A stretch of 64,000 nt of DNA, taken from Eledone cirrhosa. Its lineage: Eukaryota. Where the stretch lies: NCBI GenBank assembly GCA_964016885.1, contig OZ024741.1, forward strand, positions 134,540,001 to 134,604,000, read 5' to 3'. Below, in pieces: positions 13,364 through 26,702 of this stretch. The notes beneath the pieces were generated by a model. The model did not search any database and was not told where the DNA came from. It saw nothing but the letters and a program-made list of their open reading frames with translations. The position numbers and the translations under genes were made by a program. Within the stretch, counting starts at the first letter, position 1. Each line of letters opens with the position of its first letter.

Positions 13364-13860
13364 CGAGCTGATAAACTCCGACATCACACACTTACACCTC
13401 TCCAAGACAATGTCACTGGACCGAGACCTTTGGCGGTACTCAGTAACAGAGAAGACCCGCCTTACCTAAATATATAGTAAAACCTACTCCAGCCAGTAGG
13501 CATCTCTAACAAAATACACCCCGTCCCACCACCACCACCCCCACCCCATCCACACCACCCCGTTCTATGTAAAGTTATGTTGGTGCCGCGCCATCGAGGC
13601 CGAAACAAATGAGATTGTGTAGGTGTCACGACAAAAAACACACAGTCCACGCTGTAATGTGGCCGTGTAGGCAACACGGTAAAAACCTCCCAGACCCACA
13701 CTGTAAATGTGGTTGGTGTTAGGAAGGGCATCCAACTGTAGAAAACCTGCCAGACAGTCCTATGCGAGCAAGACAATCACTCTTGCCTCAAGTGGGACTA
13801 CCCCCGTCCAAACCCATGCAAGCGTGGAACACGGACGTTAAACGTTGATGATGATGATGA
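13364..13860 (+). mobile_element. 5'-truncated RTE LINE 3' end, near-identical to 15727-16203
   Basis: ELINSD..LSKTMSLDRDLWRYSVTEKTRL, shared 3' UTR and (GAT)n tail. Confidence 0.9.
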
Positions 13861-13870
13861 TATATATATA

Positions 13871-14192
13871 ATTCAGAATATTAATAAATGAAGACATTGA
13901 TGGTTCAATTCCAGTATTGGCACTCTGCCAATACTGGAATTGAACCATCAAGACTGTTGAGGTATGTCATACATCAATTCATGTATTTTATCTGACGAGG
14001 ACGTACTGAAAAAACAGCACAGTACCTTCGAAATATATATAATAAAACATATATTTTGATTATGTGAATGTCTTCATTTATTAATATTCTGCATAATATT
14101 AATAACTCCAGAAAACTTCTTTGTAGAGTGCTTTTAATCTATTGTAAAACTATATTCATTGAGTAATCAATGAACCATATTAATCTTTGGTT
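13871..14192 (+). mobile_element. Hammerhead-bearing Penelope-like end in (TA)n (element 2)
   Basis: 13871-13898 is the inverse of 14067-14094; ~25-bp perfect hairpin at ~13898-13950; hammerhead; TAGAGTGCT at ~14124. Confidence 0.7.
13986..14047 (+). ncRNA. Minimal type-I hammerhead ribozyme
   Basis: TTTTAT-CTGACGA-[GGA C GTACTG/CAGTAC C TTC]-GAAA-TATATA-TA^-ATAAAA; predicted cut after 14041. Confidence 0.75.
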
Positions 14193-14349
14193 ATATATAT
14201 ATATATATATATATTGTTTCCGTAGGAAAGGTAAAGGAATGGAGAGTGCTCTATGTAGACTACAGAGCTTTTAGTTATGTAATAAACAACAGAAGACAAT
14301 AATTGTCTTATGTTGTTTATTACATAACTATATATATATATATATATAT

Positions 14350-14692
14350 GTGTAGGAGGTGAGTTTTATTGTAGTACAATAAAGCAATGCAGATATCGGA
14401 TAAGAAGCACTCTACAGTTTGTAGGACTGGAGTATACATAATATATAAGATCAAAAGATGGTTAAAAGAGTTCCATGTATTTTATTATGCGCATTTCAAA
14501 AACAAATATCATCATGCAATAACATTTGTGTTTTCATCAGATAAAATAGGAAGACATGATTTGAAGGTTAAAAAACATTTGTGGATAGTGCAGTTTTATC
14601 TGATGAAAACACAAATGTTATTGCATGATGATATTTGTTTTTGAAATTCGCATAATAAAATACATGGAACTCTTTTAACCATCTTTTGATCT

Positions 14693-14700
<8 letters not shown>
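14350..14700 (-). mobile_element. Fold-back, hammerhead-bearing Penelope-like end in (TA)n (element 3)
   Basis: Inverted arms ~14438-14546 / ~14594-14702; minus-strand TAGAGTGCT at ~14406-14414. Confidence 0.75.
14478..14548 (-). ncRNA. Minimal type-I hammerhead ribozyme (mirror copy 14594-14660, plus strand)
   Basis: Minus strand: TATTTTAT-CTGATGA-[AAA C ACAAATGTTAT/ATGATATTTGT T TTT]-GAAA-TGCGCA-TA^-ATAAAATA; palindromic stem III. Confidence 0.78.
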
Positions 14701-14733
<33 letters not shown>

Positions 14734-14939
14734 AACGAAAACAATAACGAAGAGTGCAGTATAAAGTGTTAGTATTAGGTTCATGCTTGAGAGTGGGGCC
14801 TTCCCTCCAACAGAGTTAATACTGACCCCCCCCCCCCCAGCACACCACACCCACCCATATAAATAAATGCAACCTGTCACATGGTCTGGTCTTCAGAGAT
14901 TAAACTGGCAACTCTACTAAGCTTGGCTTGGGTAGGTGG

Positions 14940-14982
<43 letters not shown>

Positions 14983-14985
14983 ATA

Positions 14986-15313
14986 CAGTGGAACCTCGGT
15001 TCACAAACTTAATTCGATGCTGAAGGCCGTTCGTCATCCAAAATGTTGAAATGTTCATAAGCCGAAACTACCCCCCCCCCCTCCCACATACATAATGTTG
15101 AGAAAGAAATACAGTGTGAGAGAGATTGTGTGTGAAAGACAGATAGATATCACCATAGTAACTAACTACACAGCAAGTGATGCTTTCCTGCCAATACTCC
15201 CAGCATGTCAACAACTGTTGTCGCCAGCTTGCATGTTCGTTACTTGAGACACCATTCATCAACTGTGACGTTCTATGTTCAGAAAAAAATGATCATGAAT
15301 TGCGGTTCCACTA
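14986..15313. mobile_element. Tc1/mariner-superfamily (Tigger/pogo-like) MITE
   Basis: TA|CAGTGGAACCTCGGTTCA ... TGAATTGCGGTTCCACTA|TA. Confidence 0.7.
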
Positions 15314-15315
15314 TA

Positions 15316-16203
15316 CTGTAGCTAGAGTCAGAACTGGTTGGAAAAAGTTCAGAGAGCTTATACCACTATTAGCTGCTAAAGGGTTCTCCCTAAAAATGAA
15401 AGGCAGGTTGTACGATGCCTGCATACGAACAGCAATGTTGCATGGTAGTGAGACCTGGGCATTGTGTGCAGAGGATATACGCAGACTAGAGAGGAACGAA
15501 GCTTGCATGCTCCGCTGGATGTGTAACAGTAATATACGTGAACGGCAAAGCATAAACGAACTAAGGAAAAAATTAGAGATAAGAGGGATCAGATGTTGTT
15601 TACTCGAGAGAAGGCTGCGTTGGTATGGACACGTGATGCGCATGAAAGTCGATAGCTGTATTACAAAGTGCAGGGCAATAAAGATAGACGGTAGCCACGG
15701 AATAGGCAGACCTAGAAAAACATGGGATGAGCTGATAAACTCCGACCTCACACACTTACACCTCTCCAAGACAATGTCACTGGACCGTGACCTTTGGCGG
15801 TACTCAGTAACAGAGAAGACCCGCCTTGCCAGTAGGCATCTCTAACAAAATACACCCCTCCCGCCGCCACCCCCACCCCATCCACACCACCCCGTTCTAT
15901 GTAAAGTTATGTTGGTGCCGCGCCATCCAGGCCGAAACAAATGAGATCGTGTAGGTGTCACGACAAAAAAACACACAGTCCACGCTGTAATGTGGCCGTG
16001 TAGGCAACACGGTAAAAACCTCCCAGACCCACACTGTAAATGTGGTTGGTGTTAGGAAGGGCATCCAACTGTAGAAAACCTGCCAGACAGTCCTATGCGA
16101 GCAAGACAATCACTCTTGCCTCAAGTGGGACTACCCCCGTCCAAACCCATGCAAGCGTGGAACACGGACGTTAAACGTTGATGATGATGATGATGATGAT
16201 GAT
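15316..16203 (+). mobile_element. Young RTE LINE, 5'-truncated: C-terminal ORF, 3' UTR and (GAT)n tail
   Basis: Open frame ARVRTGWKKFRELIPLL..MLHGSETW..RRLRWYGHVMRM..GRPRKTW. Confidence 0.92.
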
Positions 16204-17301
16204 ATATATATACCACCAAATACTCTTACCCCAATCAAAACTAATAGACGTATATGAAGATATGTATAATAAGTGTGCGTGTGTGCGCGTGCGTGTTAAA
16301 GACACATGAAACTTGAAGTTAAAGCCGTTTGATCCCCCTACTTGACTTGCTTTATTTTATTGAATGCAAAAAAGATGAAAGACAAAGTTTTCAACAAGAT
16401 TTGAGCTCAGACCATTTTGTTTAACACAAATGCTTCCTCCAAAAGTGGAATAAAATAGGATGGCTGTTAAGTTTTAAACTACCTAAACAAAAATCATCCA
16501 CTCTTAAACTGACATCAGCCTTTCTAGCTTTGTCATATTGATAAACTGCTGAATCACTGACACCCTACCTCCATTATGTCATGTGACTGGTCACTTTAAC
16601 AGGTACATTGCTAACTCTGCCTCCTCTTCATGTCCACTGAGGAGGGCAGTTATGTGCGTAGACACCTCGTCTTAAATCACGAGATTGATTTAACATATTA
16701 CGTGCGCATGCACACAAACACACGCACACAAACACACAAGCCCCTGCACTCCCATTACACACTTTACCACAGGTGTGTATTTAATGCTTTAAAGTTTATT
16801 TACATTAAACCACAAAACACGTATGCACACTCTCCCCCTCCCTCTCTCTCTTGTTATCTTATCCAGTATCCACTGAGATTTTATCCCTAATACTTCTCCC
16901 CTTTCCTTATAAGTTAATAATGTTCTAGTTTGAAAGCACCTGAAGCTTCAAAGACCACTTTGTAGGATGTTACCTGCGAACTTATAAAGGACCAACTGTG
17001 ATTGCAGATTCTCTTAACTGTGTCATTTCACTGCAGACTTAATATTTAATTGTGCAGAAGAAAAATTCCAATAATGTGTTGTAATATATAATCTTCACTC
17101 TGAAGATAGTTTTTTCTTACATCTAGCAATGTTTAGCCTTCATTAGATAATAATCTAACAAATCTCGGTTCGTTATCCACTTTATTATTTATATAGCTTA
17201 ACTAGAGCTATAACCCAGACAGATGATGACAGGTAATTCTCCATGTTACTATTTCCACATTTTCTGTCTTTGGTTTGTTCCACATGCTAATTTTGGAATT
17301 A

Positions 17302-20300
17302 GACAGAGACACACACAGACTGACAGAGACACACACAGACTGACAGAGACACACACACAGACTGACAGAGACACACAGACTGACAGAGACACACACAGAC
17401 TGACAGAGACACACACAGACTGACAGAGACACACACAGACTGACAGAGACACACACAGACTGACAGAGACACACACAGACTGACAGAGACACACACAGAC
17501 TGACAGAGACACACACAGACTGACAGAGACACACACAGACTGACAGAGACACACACAGACTGACAGAGACACACACAGACTGACAGAGACACACACAGAC
17601 TGACAGAGACACACACAGACTGACAGAGACACACACAGACTGACAGAGACACACACAGACTGACAGAGACACACACAGACTGACAGACACACACAGACTG
17701 ACAGACACACACAGACTGACAGAGACACACACAGACTGACAGAGACACACACAGACTGACAGAGACACACACAGACTGACAGAGACACACAGACTGACAG
17801 ACACACACAGACTGACAGACACACACAGACTGACAGACACACACAGACTGACAGACACACACAGACTGACAGACACACACAGACTGACAGACACACACAG
17901 ACTGACAGACACACACAGACTGACAGACACACACAGACTGACAGACACACACAGACTGACAGACACACACAGACTGACAGACACACACACAGACTGACAG
18001 ACACACACACAGACTGACAGAGACACACACAGACTGACAGAGACACACACAGACTGACAGAGACACACACAGACTGACAGAGACACACACAGACTGACAG
18101 AGACACACACAGACTGACAGAGACACACACAGACTGACAGACACACACAGACTGACAGACACACACAGACTGACAGAGACACACAGAGACTGACAGACAC
18201 ACACAGACTGACAGAGACACACACAGACTGACAGAGACACACACAGACTGACAGACACACACAGACTGACAGAGACACACACAGACTGACAGACACACAC
18301 AGACTGACAGAGACACACACAGACTGACAGAGACACACACAGACTGACAGAGACACACACAGACTGACAGAGACACACACAGACTGACAGAGACACACAG
18401 ACTGACAGACACACACAGACTGACAGAGACACACACACAGACTGACAGAGACACACACACAGACTGACAGAGACACACACACAGACTGACAGAGACACAC
18501 ACACAGACTGACAGAGACACACACACAGACTGACAGAGACACACACACAGACTGACAGAGACACACACACAGACTGACAGAGACACACACACAGACTGAC
18601 AGAGACACACACAGACTGACAGAGACACACACAGACTGACAGAGACACACAGACTGACAGAGACACACAGACTGACAGAGACACACAGACTGACAGAGAC
18701 ACACAGACTGACAGAGACACACAGACTGACAGAGACACACAGACTGACAGAGACACACACAGACTGACAGAGACACACACAGACTGACAGAGACACACAG
18801 AGACTGACAGAGACACACAGAGACTGACAGAGACAAACACAGACTGACAGAGACACACACAGACTGACAGACACACACACAGACTGACAGAGACACACAC
18901 AGACTGACAGAGACACACACAGACTGACAGAGACACACAGACTGACAGAGACACACGGACTGACAGACACACACAGACTGACCGACACACACAGACTGAC
19001 CGACACACACAGACTGACAGACACACACAGACTGACAGACACACACAGACTGACAGACACACACAGACTGACAGAGACACACACAGACTGACAGACACAC
19101 ACAGACTGACAGAGACACACACAGACTGACAGACACACACAGACTGACAGAGACACACAGACTGACAGAGACACACAGACTGACAGAGACACACACAGAC
19201 TGACAGACACACACACAGACTGACAGAGACACACAGACTGACAGAGACACACACAGACTGACAGAGACACACACAGACTGACAGAGACACACACAGACTG
19301 ACAGAGACACACACAGACTGACAGAGACACACACAGACTGACAGAGACACACACACAGACTGACAGAGACACACACAGACTGACAGAGACACACACAGAC
19401 TGACAGAGACACACACAGACTGACAGAGACACACACAGACTGACAGACACACAGACTGACAGAGACACACACAGACTGACAGACACACACAGACTGACAG
19501 ACACACACAGACTGACAGACACACACAGACTGACAGAGACACACAGAGACTGACAGAGACACACACAGACTGACAGAGACACACACAGACTGACAGACAC
19601 ACACAGACTGACAGAGACACACACAGACTGACAGAGACACACAGACTGACAGAGACACACAGACTGACAGACACACACACAGACTGACAGAGACACACAT
19701 AGACTGACAGAGACACACACAGACTGACAGAGACACACACAGACTGACAGAGACACACACAGACTGACAGACACACACAGACTGACAGACACACACAGAC
19801 TGACAGACACACACAGACTGACAGAGACACACAGACTGACAGAGACACACACACAGACTGACAGAGACACACACACAGACTGACAGAGACACACACACAG
19901 ACTGACAGAGACACACACACAGACTGACAGAGACACACACACAGACTGACAGAGACACACACACAGACTGACAGAGACACACACAGACTGACAGAGACAC
20001 ACACAGACTGACAGAGACACACACAGACTGACAGAGACACACACAGACTGACAGAGACACACAGACTGACAGAGACACACAGACTGACAGACACACACAG
20101 ACTGACAGAGACACACACACAGACTGACAGAGACACACACAGACTGACAGAGACACACACAGACTGACAGAGACACACACAGACTGACAGAGACACACAC
20201 AGACTGACAGAGACACACACAGACTGACAGAGACACACACAGACTGACAGAGACACACAGACTGACAGAGACACACAGACTGACAGAGACACACACAGAC

Positions 20301-20930
20301 TGACAGACACACACAGACTGACAGACACACACAGACTGACAGAGACACACACAGACTGACAGAGACACACAGAGACTGACAGAGACACACAGAGACTGAC
20401 AGAGACACACACAGACTGACAGACACACACAGACTGACAGACACACACACAGACTGACAGACACACACACAGACTGACAGAGACACACACAGACTGACAG
20501 AGACACACACAGACACACACAGACTGACAGAGACACACAGACTGACAGAGACACACAGACTGACAGAGACACACAGACTGACAGACACACACAGACTGAC
20601 AGACACACACAGACTGACAGACACACACAGACTGACAGAGACACACACAGACTGACAGACACACACAGACTGACAGAGACACACACAGACTGACAGACAC
20701 ACACAGACTGACAGAGACACACACAGACTGACAGAGACACACAGACTGACAGACACACACAGACTGACAGACAGACACACAGACTGACAGAGACACACAC
20801 AGACTGACAGAGACTGACAGAGACACAGAGACTGACAGAGACACACAGACTGACATAGACACACACAGACTGACATAGACACACACAGACTGACAGACAC
20901 ACGCAGACTGACAGAGACAAACACAGATGC
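17302..20930. repeat. 3.6-kb satellite, variable 16-22 bp unit (CAGACTGACAGAGACACACA)
   Basis: Continuous tandem array with variable CA-tract length. Confidence 0.98.
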
Positions 20931-21023
20931 AGGCAGAGGCAGACAGATAGACACACAGACAGGTAGATGGGGTATCAACACTGATGTGGGTGACAGATGT
21001 GCCGTGGTATAAGAGTTCCTGGT

Positions 21024-21310
21024 GGATAGCAACATCAGTGGTGTTAGTAAGTCTTGGTATAAGTGTGAGTAAGGAATAGCAACAGATATGTCATAGTAAG
21101 AGAGAGTGAGGGATGGATAGCAACATCAGTGGTGTTAGTAAGTCTTGGTATAAGTGTGAGTAAGGAATAGCAACAGATATGTCATAGTAAGAGAGAGTGA
21201 GAGATGGATAGCAACATCAGTGGTGTTAGTAAGTCTTGGTATAAGTGTGAGTAAGGAATAGCAACAGATATGTCATAGTAAGAGAGAGTGAGGGATGGAT
21301 AGCAACAGAT
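21024..21310. repeat. 91-bp tandem repeat, ~3 copies, each a dimer of atagcaaca-headed subunits
   Basis: Units start at 21024, 21115, 21206, 21297. Confidence 0.92.
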
Positions 21311-22130
21311 GTGTGTGTTAGCAAGAGTGGTTGATGTCAACTAAGAATTACACAGGGGAGAGAGAATGATGGTTAGTAGTAGTAGAGGGTGAGAGAACTG
21401 AATATTGGAAAATCTGTTACCATCTCTTTCTACACACAAGTGTGTGTCAGAATTGTAGCGGGTTAGTGATAGGAGAGAAATATTGCTTTCTTTTCAATTT
21501 TCTCTAAGATGCTTATATATCTTATCCTCAGCAATTTGTTAACATTACCTACTTAAAGTTCCTATTACATTACTAAAAGTTAAAAAATACCCCCCCCCCC
21601 CCCCCAGCTATCCACCAGAATGGAGTTGTAGAGGATTATTGCCATAAAACGAAGCTGTTTTAGCTGTATATACTTCTTCCTACTGTTAGTTTAATCTTTT
21701 TCAGGTTTTTAATTCCTTCCAAGTTTTAATGAGAAACTATTAATCTTCTTATAACAGATTTTAGATTTAGTGTAGAATGTCACAGCTTCAGGATTTAGCG
21801 CAAATACAGAAATCTTGAGATCTGACTAAATTCTTCAATATGTTATCAACACGGGTCAGCAATGATTGAAAGGGAGGCTTTTCTATGTCACAGTTACACA
21901 AGACATGACAATTTTTTGAATATCACTTGTTTAGTTTGGGAAGAAGGTTGTTGTTTAGCCTCAGCTAAACTATAATTGACCAGATCTGTGGTCAAAGGCA
22001 TTCTAGCCACGGACATTGCATTGTTTTTAAGCATATGTAGGACTACATTATCTCATGCATCTTGTTCTTAAAGGTGGGATTTGAGGAAGAATTGCCTACT
22101 ATTTCTAGAAGGTTGAGTGACAATATCAAG

Positions 22131-22642
22131 CAGGGGGTCTCAAACTCAGACTAAAAAGGGCCATTATGTTCTGGGAGAAAGGCACAGTGGGCCAAAAGTT
22201 AGATGTGGTGTTAGGGGAGCATGATTCTGTCCAGTTATAATGCCAATCTGCAATACAGCTGATAGACAGCTGTTTATTTTTTCAACAAAATGAATATGCA
22301 TATGATAGTAAGTGGGATATGTGAATTGGACAACTTTTCCATAATTCTGTTTTTACTTTTGGTAAATTCTCTTTTCCCATTCCCCCCCCCCCTTTATTGT
22401 ATTGCATGGGTAAATTGTAATAAATTATACTATAAATATTATTAAAACAGGGAAAACAAAAGCAAAATTCAAAGTGTAATACTGATGCTAGATTATGGAA
22501 GGAGTGAGGGACAAATTACCAGGTTTTGGGAAATTATTTGTTATGAAAATTGTTCTGTCATTCATCATCATTTCCCTGCTTGCCATAGAAAAGTAGTTTG
22601 TGGGCTGTATGGGGCCTGCAGATTATATGTTTGTGACACTTG
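22131..22642. mobile_element. Old hAT/Charlie-like MITE
   Basis: CAGGGGGTCTCAAACTC ... degenerate GTTTGTGACACTTG; no TSD retained. Confidence 0.4.
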
Positions 22643-23645
22643 ACATGGTTTCCTTCATTGGTTTATGTTTGGGAAGAATGTGTTATTTGTTCTTGTTTTA
22701 ACACTAGTCAGTGACGGTTGAATAGCCATCTAGATTGTTCAAGTAATGTGTAAACAACAGATATAGCTCTATCATACCTCTTCTTAGTGAAAGACCCCAC
22801 CCTACTGGCCTATTGTATTGAGTACAATATGGCTGTCTTGTCCTGCTTGACTCTGAACACATTATTGGAGCCAATGTGGATGTTGATGTCATTGCTATTT
22901 TTCTGTTTTTTTCTGTTTTCCCCCTTTTTATATTTTATCTGGGGCCCTCTTTCCATATTTCACCCCCCCCCCTTCTCTTTATTCTGTTTTTTCTCTGTCC
23001 TACCCTGCTGTTTTCTGTTTTTTTTTCTGTTTTTTTTCTATTTTATTGTATTATTTTTTAATGTTTTTCATGTTTGTTTGGACAGAATACGAGGGTCAGT
23101 GTTTTTAGGGTGTGTTAGTACTTGTGCTCCAGGGCATTGTATGTGTATCTGGGAGTTTGGAGGAGGGGTTTTCATGTACTGACTGGGACTGTGATACCAC
23201 ACCAGCCCCAGCTCATACCATATAAAACTGTTTTAGAATGTTTATATTTAACTAAAAACTCTCCAAATTGTGACTCAGTTCTACTGTAGGTGCAACAACT
23301 ACTACTAACAGTGACCTGCCATACTTAACCTTTTCATTATCATATTTCTAATGAAATACAATGCCTATATTTTTCAAATAATTTTGAGAATATTCAAGTA
23401 TTTGGCAGTATTCAGTAAAATAACTAACCTTATTATTTATTTTGTGTTTGGAACATAACTTAACAAAGGTTCTTACTTAAAACCGCGAAGGAAGCTTTTT
23501 AGATAAATATAAAGACTTTAACCATTTTATTACCATATTTAAAATGAAATATACTACCTATGATTTTCAAATAATTTTGAAAATAATCGAGAATTTAGCA
23601 GGATTTAGTAATATCACTAACTTTCTCATTATTTATCTGGTGTAT

Positions 23646-23993
23646 CATCATCATCATCATCATTTCATTTTACGTCCGCTTTTCCCTGCTTGCAAGGGTG
23701 GGACGGGAACTGATTCTGGCTTGATTTCTACAGCTGGATGCCCTTCCTAACACCAACCTCATTTACAGTGAGTACTGGGTGCTTTTTTGCCGTGGCACCT
23801 CCACGACCACTTTGCAGTGGAATGATAGGGACCCCAGTCCCTATCATCTCATTTCTACAGCTGAGTAAACTGGAGCAATGTGAAATAAAGTGTCTTGCTC
23901 AAGGAAACAACACATCACCCGGTCTGAGAATTGAACTCACAACCTTTTGATTGCAAGGCCAATGCTCTAACCACTAAGCCATGTGCCTCCATG
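23646..23993 (-). mobile_element. Young tRNA-headed SINE with an RTE-type 3' tail (copies at 33376-33705, 49078-49410, 56826-57125)
   Basis: A box TGGCTTAGTGG and B box GAGTTCAATTC; 3' end cccgtcccacccttgcaagcagggaaaagcggacgtaaaatga..(tga)n. Confidence 0.85.
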
Positions 23994-24374
23994 GAAAATA
24001 GATTAACAAAGGTTCTTACATAAAATTATGATGAAAGATAAACACTTCAAAATAAAACAGTTCTGTATCTGAGAACAAAAGCTGGTTTCAAGCAGCTTTT
24101 TAATGAAAGAGTTTAATATAGCATCACTGTGAGCTGTTGATTGATTGTTAAGTTGTCATTGGCTTATTTTGGTAACAGTTTGTCTGAATAGATGCACAAA
24201 AATGTACACCAGTTCATTGGTACAAAATTATATATGCTGCTGCATTTTGCTGTTGCTATGGGAGCTGTTGCTATTAACGAATTATTTGCACCACTGATTG
24301 ATGGGCAAAAGGATGTAGTATAGTATTGACTCTAGATGGTCTGAGGGTGGACTGAGTTATTAACCAAGTGTATG

Positions 24375-24665
24375 TGCTATAGTATGCAAAAGAGAAGAGA
24401 GAGGAGATTGCATTGGTATGAACATGCGATGCATATGGATGATGATTGCTGGGTGAAGAAATGCCAAAAAATCCTAGTGGAAGGAAACTGCAGTAGAAGA
24501 AGATCAAGGAAGACTTGGGCAGAGGTAGTGAGACCTGATTTCAAATTGCTGAAACGTATAGAGGAGATGACAAGGGAATGCAACAAGTGGAAGGATGCTG
24601 TACTGGAAAAGACACATCCAACCCATGCAAGCATGGAAAAGCTGATGTAAAATGATGATGATGAT
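24375..24665 (+). mobile_element. RTE LINE 3' fragment
   Basis: ERRLHWYEHAMHMDDDCWVKKC..RKTWAEVV; (GAT)n tail. Confidence 0.8.
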
Positions 24666-24874
24666 TGGTCCAGAAAATTACGTTTTGACATCTGCCCATG
24701 TTATTTTGTCTCCAAGATGTCTGTGTATCTCTAAATATGTTTTGCCTGCTAGGCATCTGTTTTAAGCCCTATTTACATATAATTGAGCCGATATATAATT
24801 ATAGCTGCTCTTGTTTTTCACTTTTTTATCTTATTTATCATACTTTTGTCTCCTCTTGACCCCCCCCCCCTTTT

Positions 24875-25870
24875 GTTTTATCTGTCTCTGTCTTGTTTTT
24901 GTTTCTTACCTGTAAGGAGTACTAGATATCTTCTCTAGTCTGTCATAGCTTACCAGTTCTATATGGATGATTAAATTGATTACATAAATCATCATTGTCA
25001 TCGTTTAATAGACATTAATGTCAAGCAAACGATGATGATGATGATCATCATCATCATCTTTTTTGCCCACTTATTCCTGAGAGGGTCATGTTATTCAACT
25101 ATCTTGCTCGTGGTCTACCCCTGGGTCTCTTGCCAGTTGGTTTTGTCCATAAAATCTGTCCAGCGATTCTTTTCTGAGACTTTCTAACCACATGCCTATA
25201 GTATCAGAGCTGTGATCCCTCAATTTGGAGAAGTAGTGGCTCTACCTGGAGTGACTCTCTGATCTCCGAGCTACACACTCTATGAAGTAACATTACTTCA
25301 AAGAGCCTTCAGAGGAACCACATTTCAGCTGCTTGTATTCTTTGTCATTACCCAAGATTCATGACCATAGGTAAGGGTTGGCATCAACACCAAATTGAAG
25401 ATGGTGAGTTTGGCTTTTATGCTTACCTTCCTTCCTTCTGATTACTCAATGCTGAAGCTGAATCATTACTACACTAGCTCCTGTAATTCTTGCATTTAAT
25501 TCAGCCTCCTGCTTTCCATCACATGAGTACGGCTCTGAGATACTTGAACTTCTTTATCTGCTTGAGTGGAACTCCATTCACATGTAGAGTGCACTGCGCA
25601 GGCTTCCTTTAGAGGATGAGCGCCTCAGTTTTCGCAGCACTGATTTTCATTGCAGCCATGCAGCACTTGGCATCAAACCTATCGAGTGCAAGTCGGAGAA
25701 CACCTTCTATTGAGTTAAGTAATGCCATGTTGCCTGCTAATTCCAGTCAATGATGATGATTTATGTAATCAATTTAAACGTCCATATAGAGCTAGTAAGC
25801 TATGACAGACTAGAAAAGATATTTAGTATCCCTTACAGTTAAACAAAAACAAGATAGAGACAGATAAAAA
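24875..25870. repeat. ~125-bp inverted-repeat arms (24875-25000 / 25745-25870) bracketing a minus-strand Expander/Rex3-like fragment (25065-25740)
   Basis: ctagtctgtcatagcttac..ttctatatgga..aaattgattacataaatcatcat versus its reverse complement. Confidence 0.8.
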
Positions 25871-26062
25871 ATAACTAATATATGTTTTGATTACTAGATG
25901 GTGTTTAATCTGTAGATGCCATCTGTTTTGACCCTGCACATATTATTTCATCTCCTAGATGTCTGTTTTATCTATTAGGCATGTTTTGAGCCCTATCTAT
26001 ATGTTTGATCTGTAGGTGCTATCTAATTTGACTACCTTCTACCTCCTATTTTATTATTCTAG

Positions 26063-26197
26063 ATCAATGTGGTGGATGAGGAGAGCTCAAGTGGAGAGAA
26101 GGTGAAGAATGGACCTCAGAAAATCCCCATTGGCTGGAGGAAAGACATTGATAGTCGTGGCGAGATGGTTTTCTTCCATTGCAGCTCTGAACAAAAA
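26063..26197 (+). CDS. ARHGAP12: ARHGAP12/27-like RhoGAP, internal exon (first WW-like motif: IPIGWRKDIDSRGEMVFFHCSSEQK)
   Basis: Acceptor ttattattctag, donor AAA|gtatac; 135 nt, phase 0-0, open frame. Resembles the ARHGAP12 GWxxxxDxRG motif (recalled, not aligned). Confidence 0.85.
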
Positions 26198-26489
26198 GTA
26201 TACAACCTCTACTACACTAATTTATACTTTTTTTTTTTAATGTTTCATGCCAATGCATTCCCTTTTCTTACTCTATTAACTCTCTTTTTCTTTTCTTTCT
26301 ATTTTTTTTTGTTTTTAAATATCTTTTTTTTTCTGTGCATCTTTCTCTCTCTCTCTCTCTCTCATTGCATTCTATTTCTCTGCATTCTTCTAGCTCTCTT
26401 GATTTTACTCTTCACATACACATCCATTATCTTCTTATTCTCTCCCTCCCCCTCATTCTTGCTCCTTTTGTTTATTTTCTTCAATCTCT

Positions 26490-26541
<52 letters not shown>

Positions 26542-26621
26542 ACTCCCTCTTAATCTCTCTCTCTCTCTCTCTCTTTCTTAATCTCTCTCTCTTTCTTAAT
26601 CTCTCTATTTTCACCTTACAG

Positions 26622-26702
26622 TGGAAGCAGTCTATAGATCAGACTGGCAGACCTTATTACTACAGGGAAGGTTCTACAGAATCTGTATGGGATCTTCCAG
26701 TG
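26622..26702 (+). CDS. ARHGAP12: ARHGAP12/27-like exon, WW domain (WKQSIDQTGRPYYYREGSTESVWDLPV)
   Basis: Acceptor tttcaccttacag, donor GTG|gtaagt; 81 nt, phase 0-0; W-x-GRPYYY-x-W-x-P WW signature. Confidence 0.92.

Noticed and set aside
17208-21035. 1195-1275 aa Cys/Val/Ser ORFs on the minus strand
   Set aside because: Translations of a tandem satellite; all three frames are open and there is no unique coding signal.
23915-23993. tRNA genes at SINE heads (also ~49335-49410, ~52975-53045)
   Set aside because: A and B boxes are present, but there is no intact cloverleaf and the sequence continues into SINE bodies.
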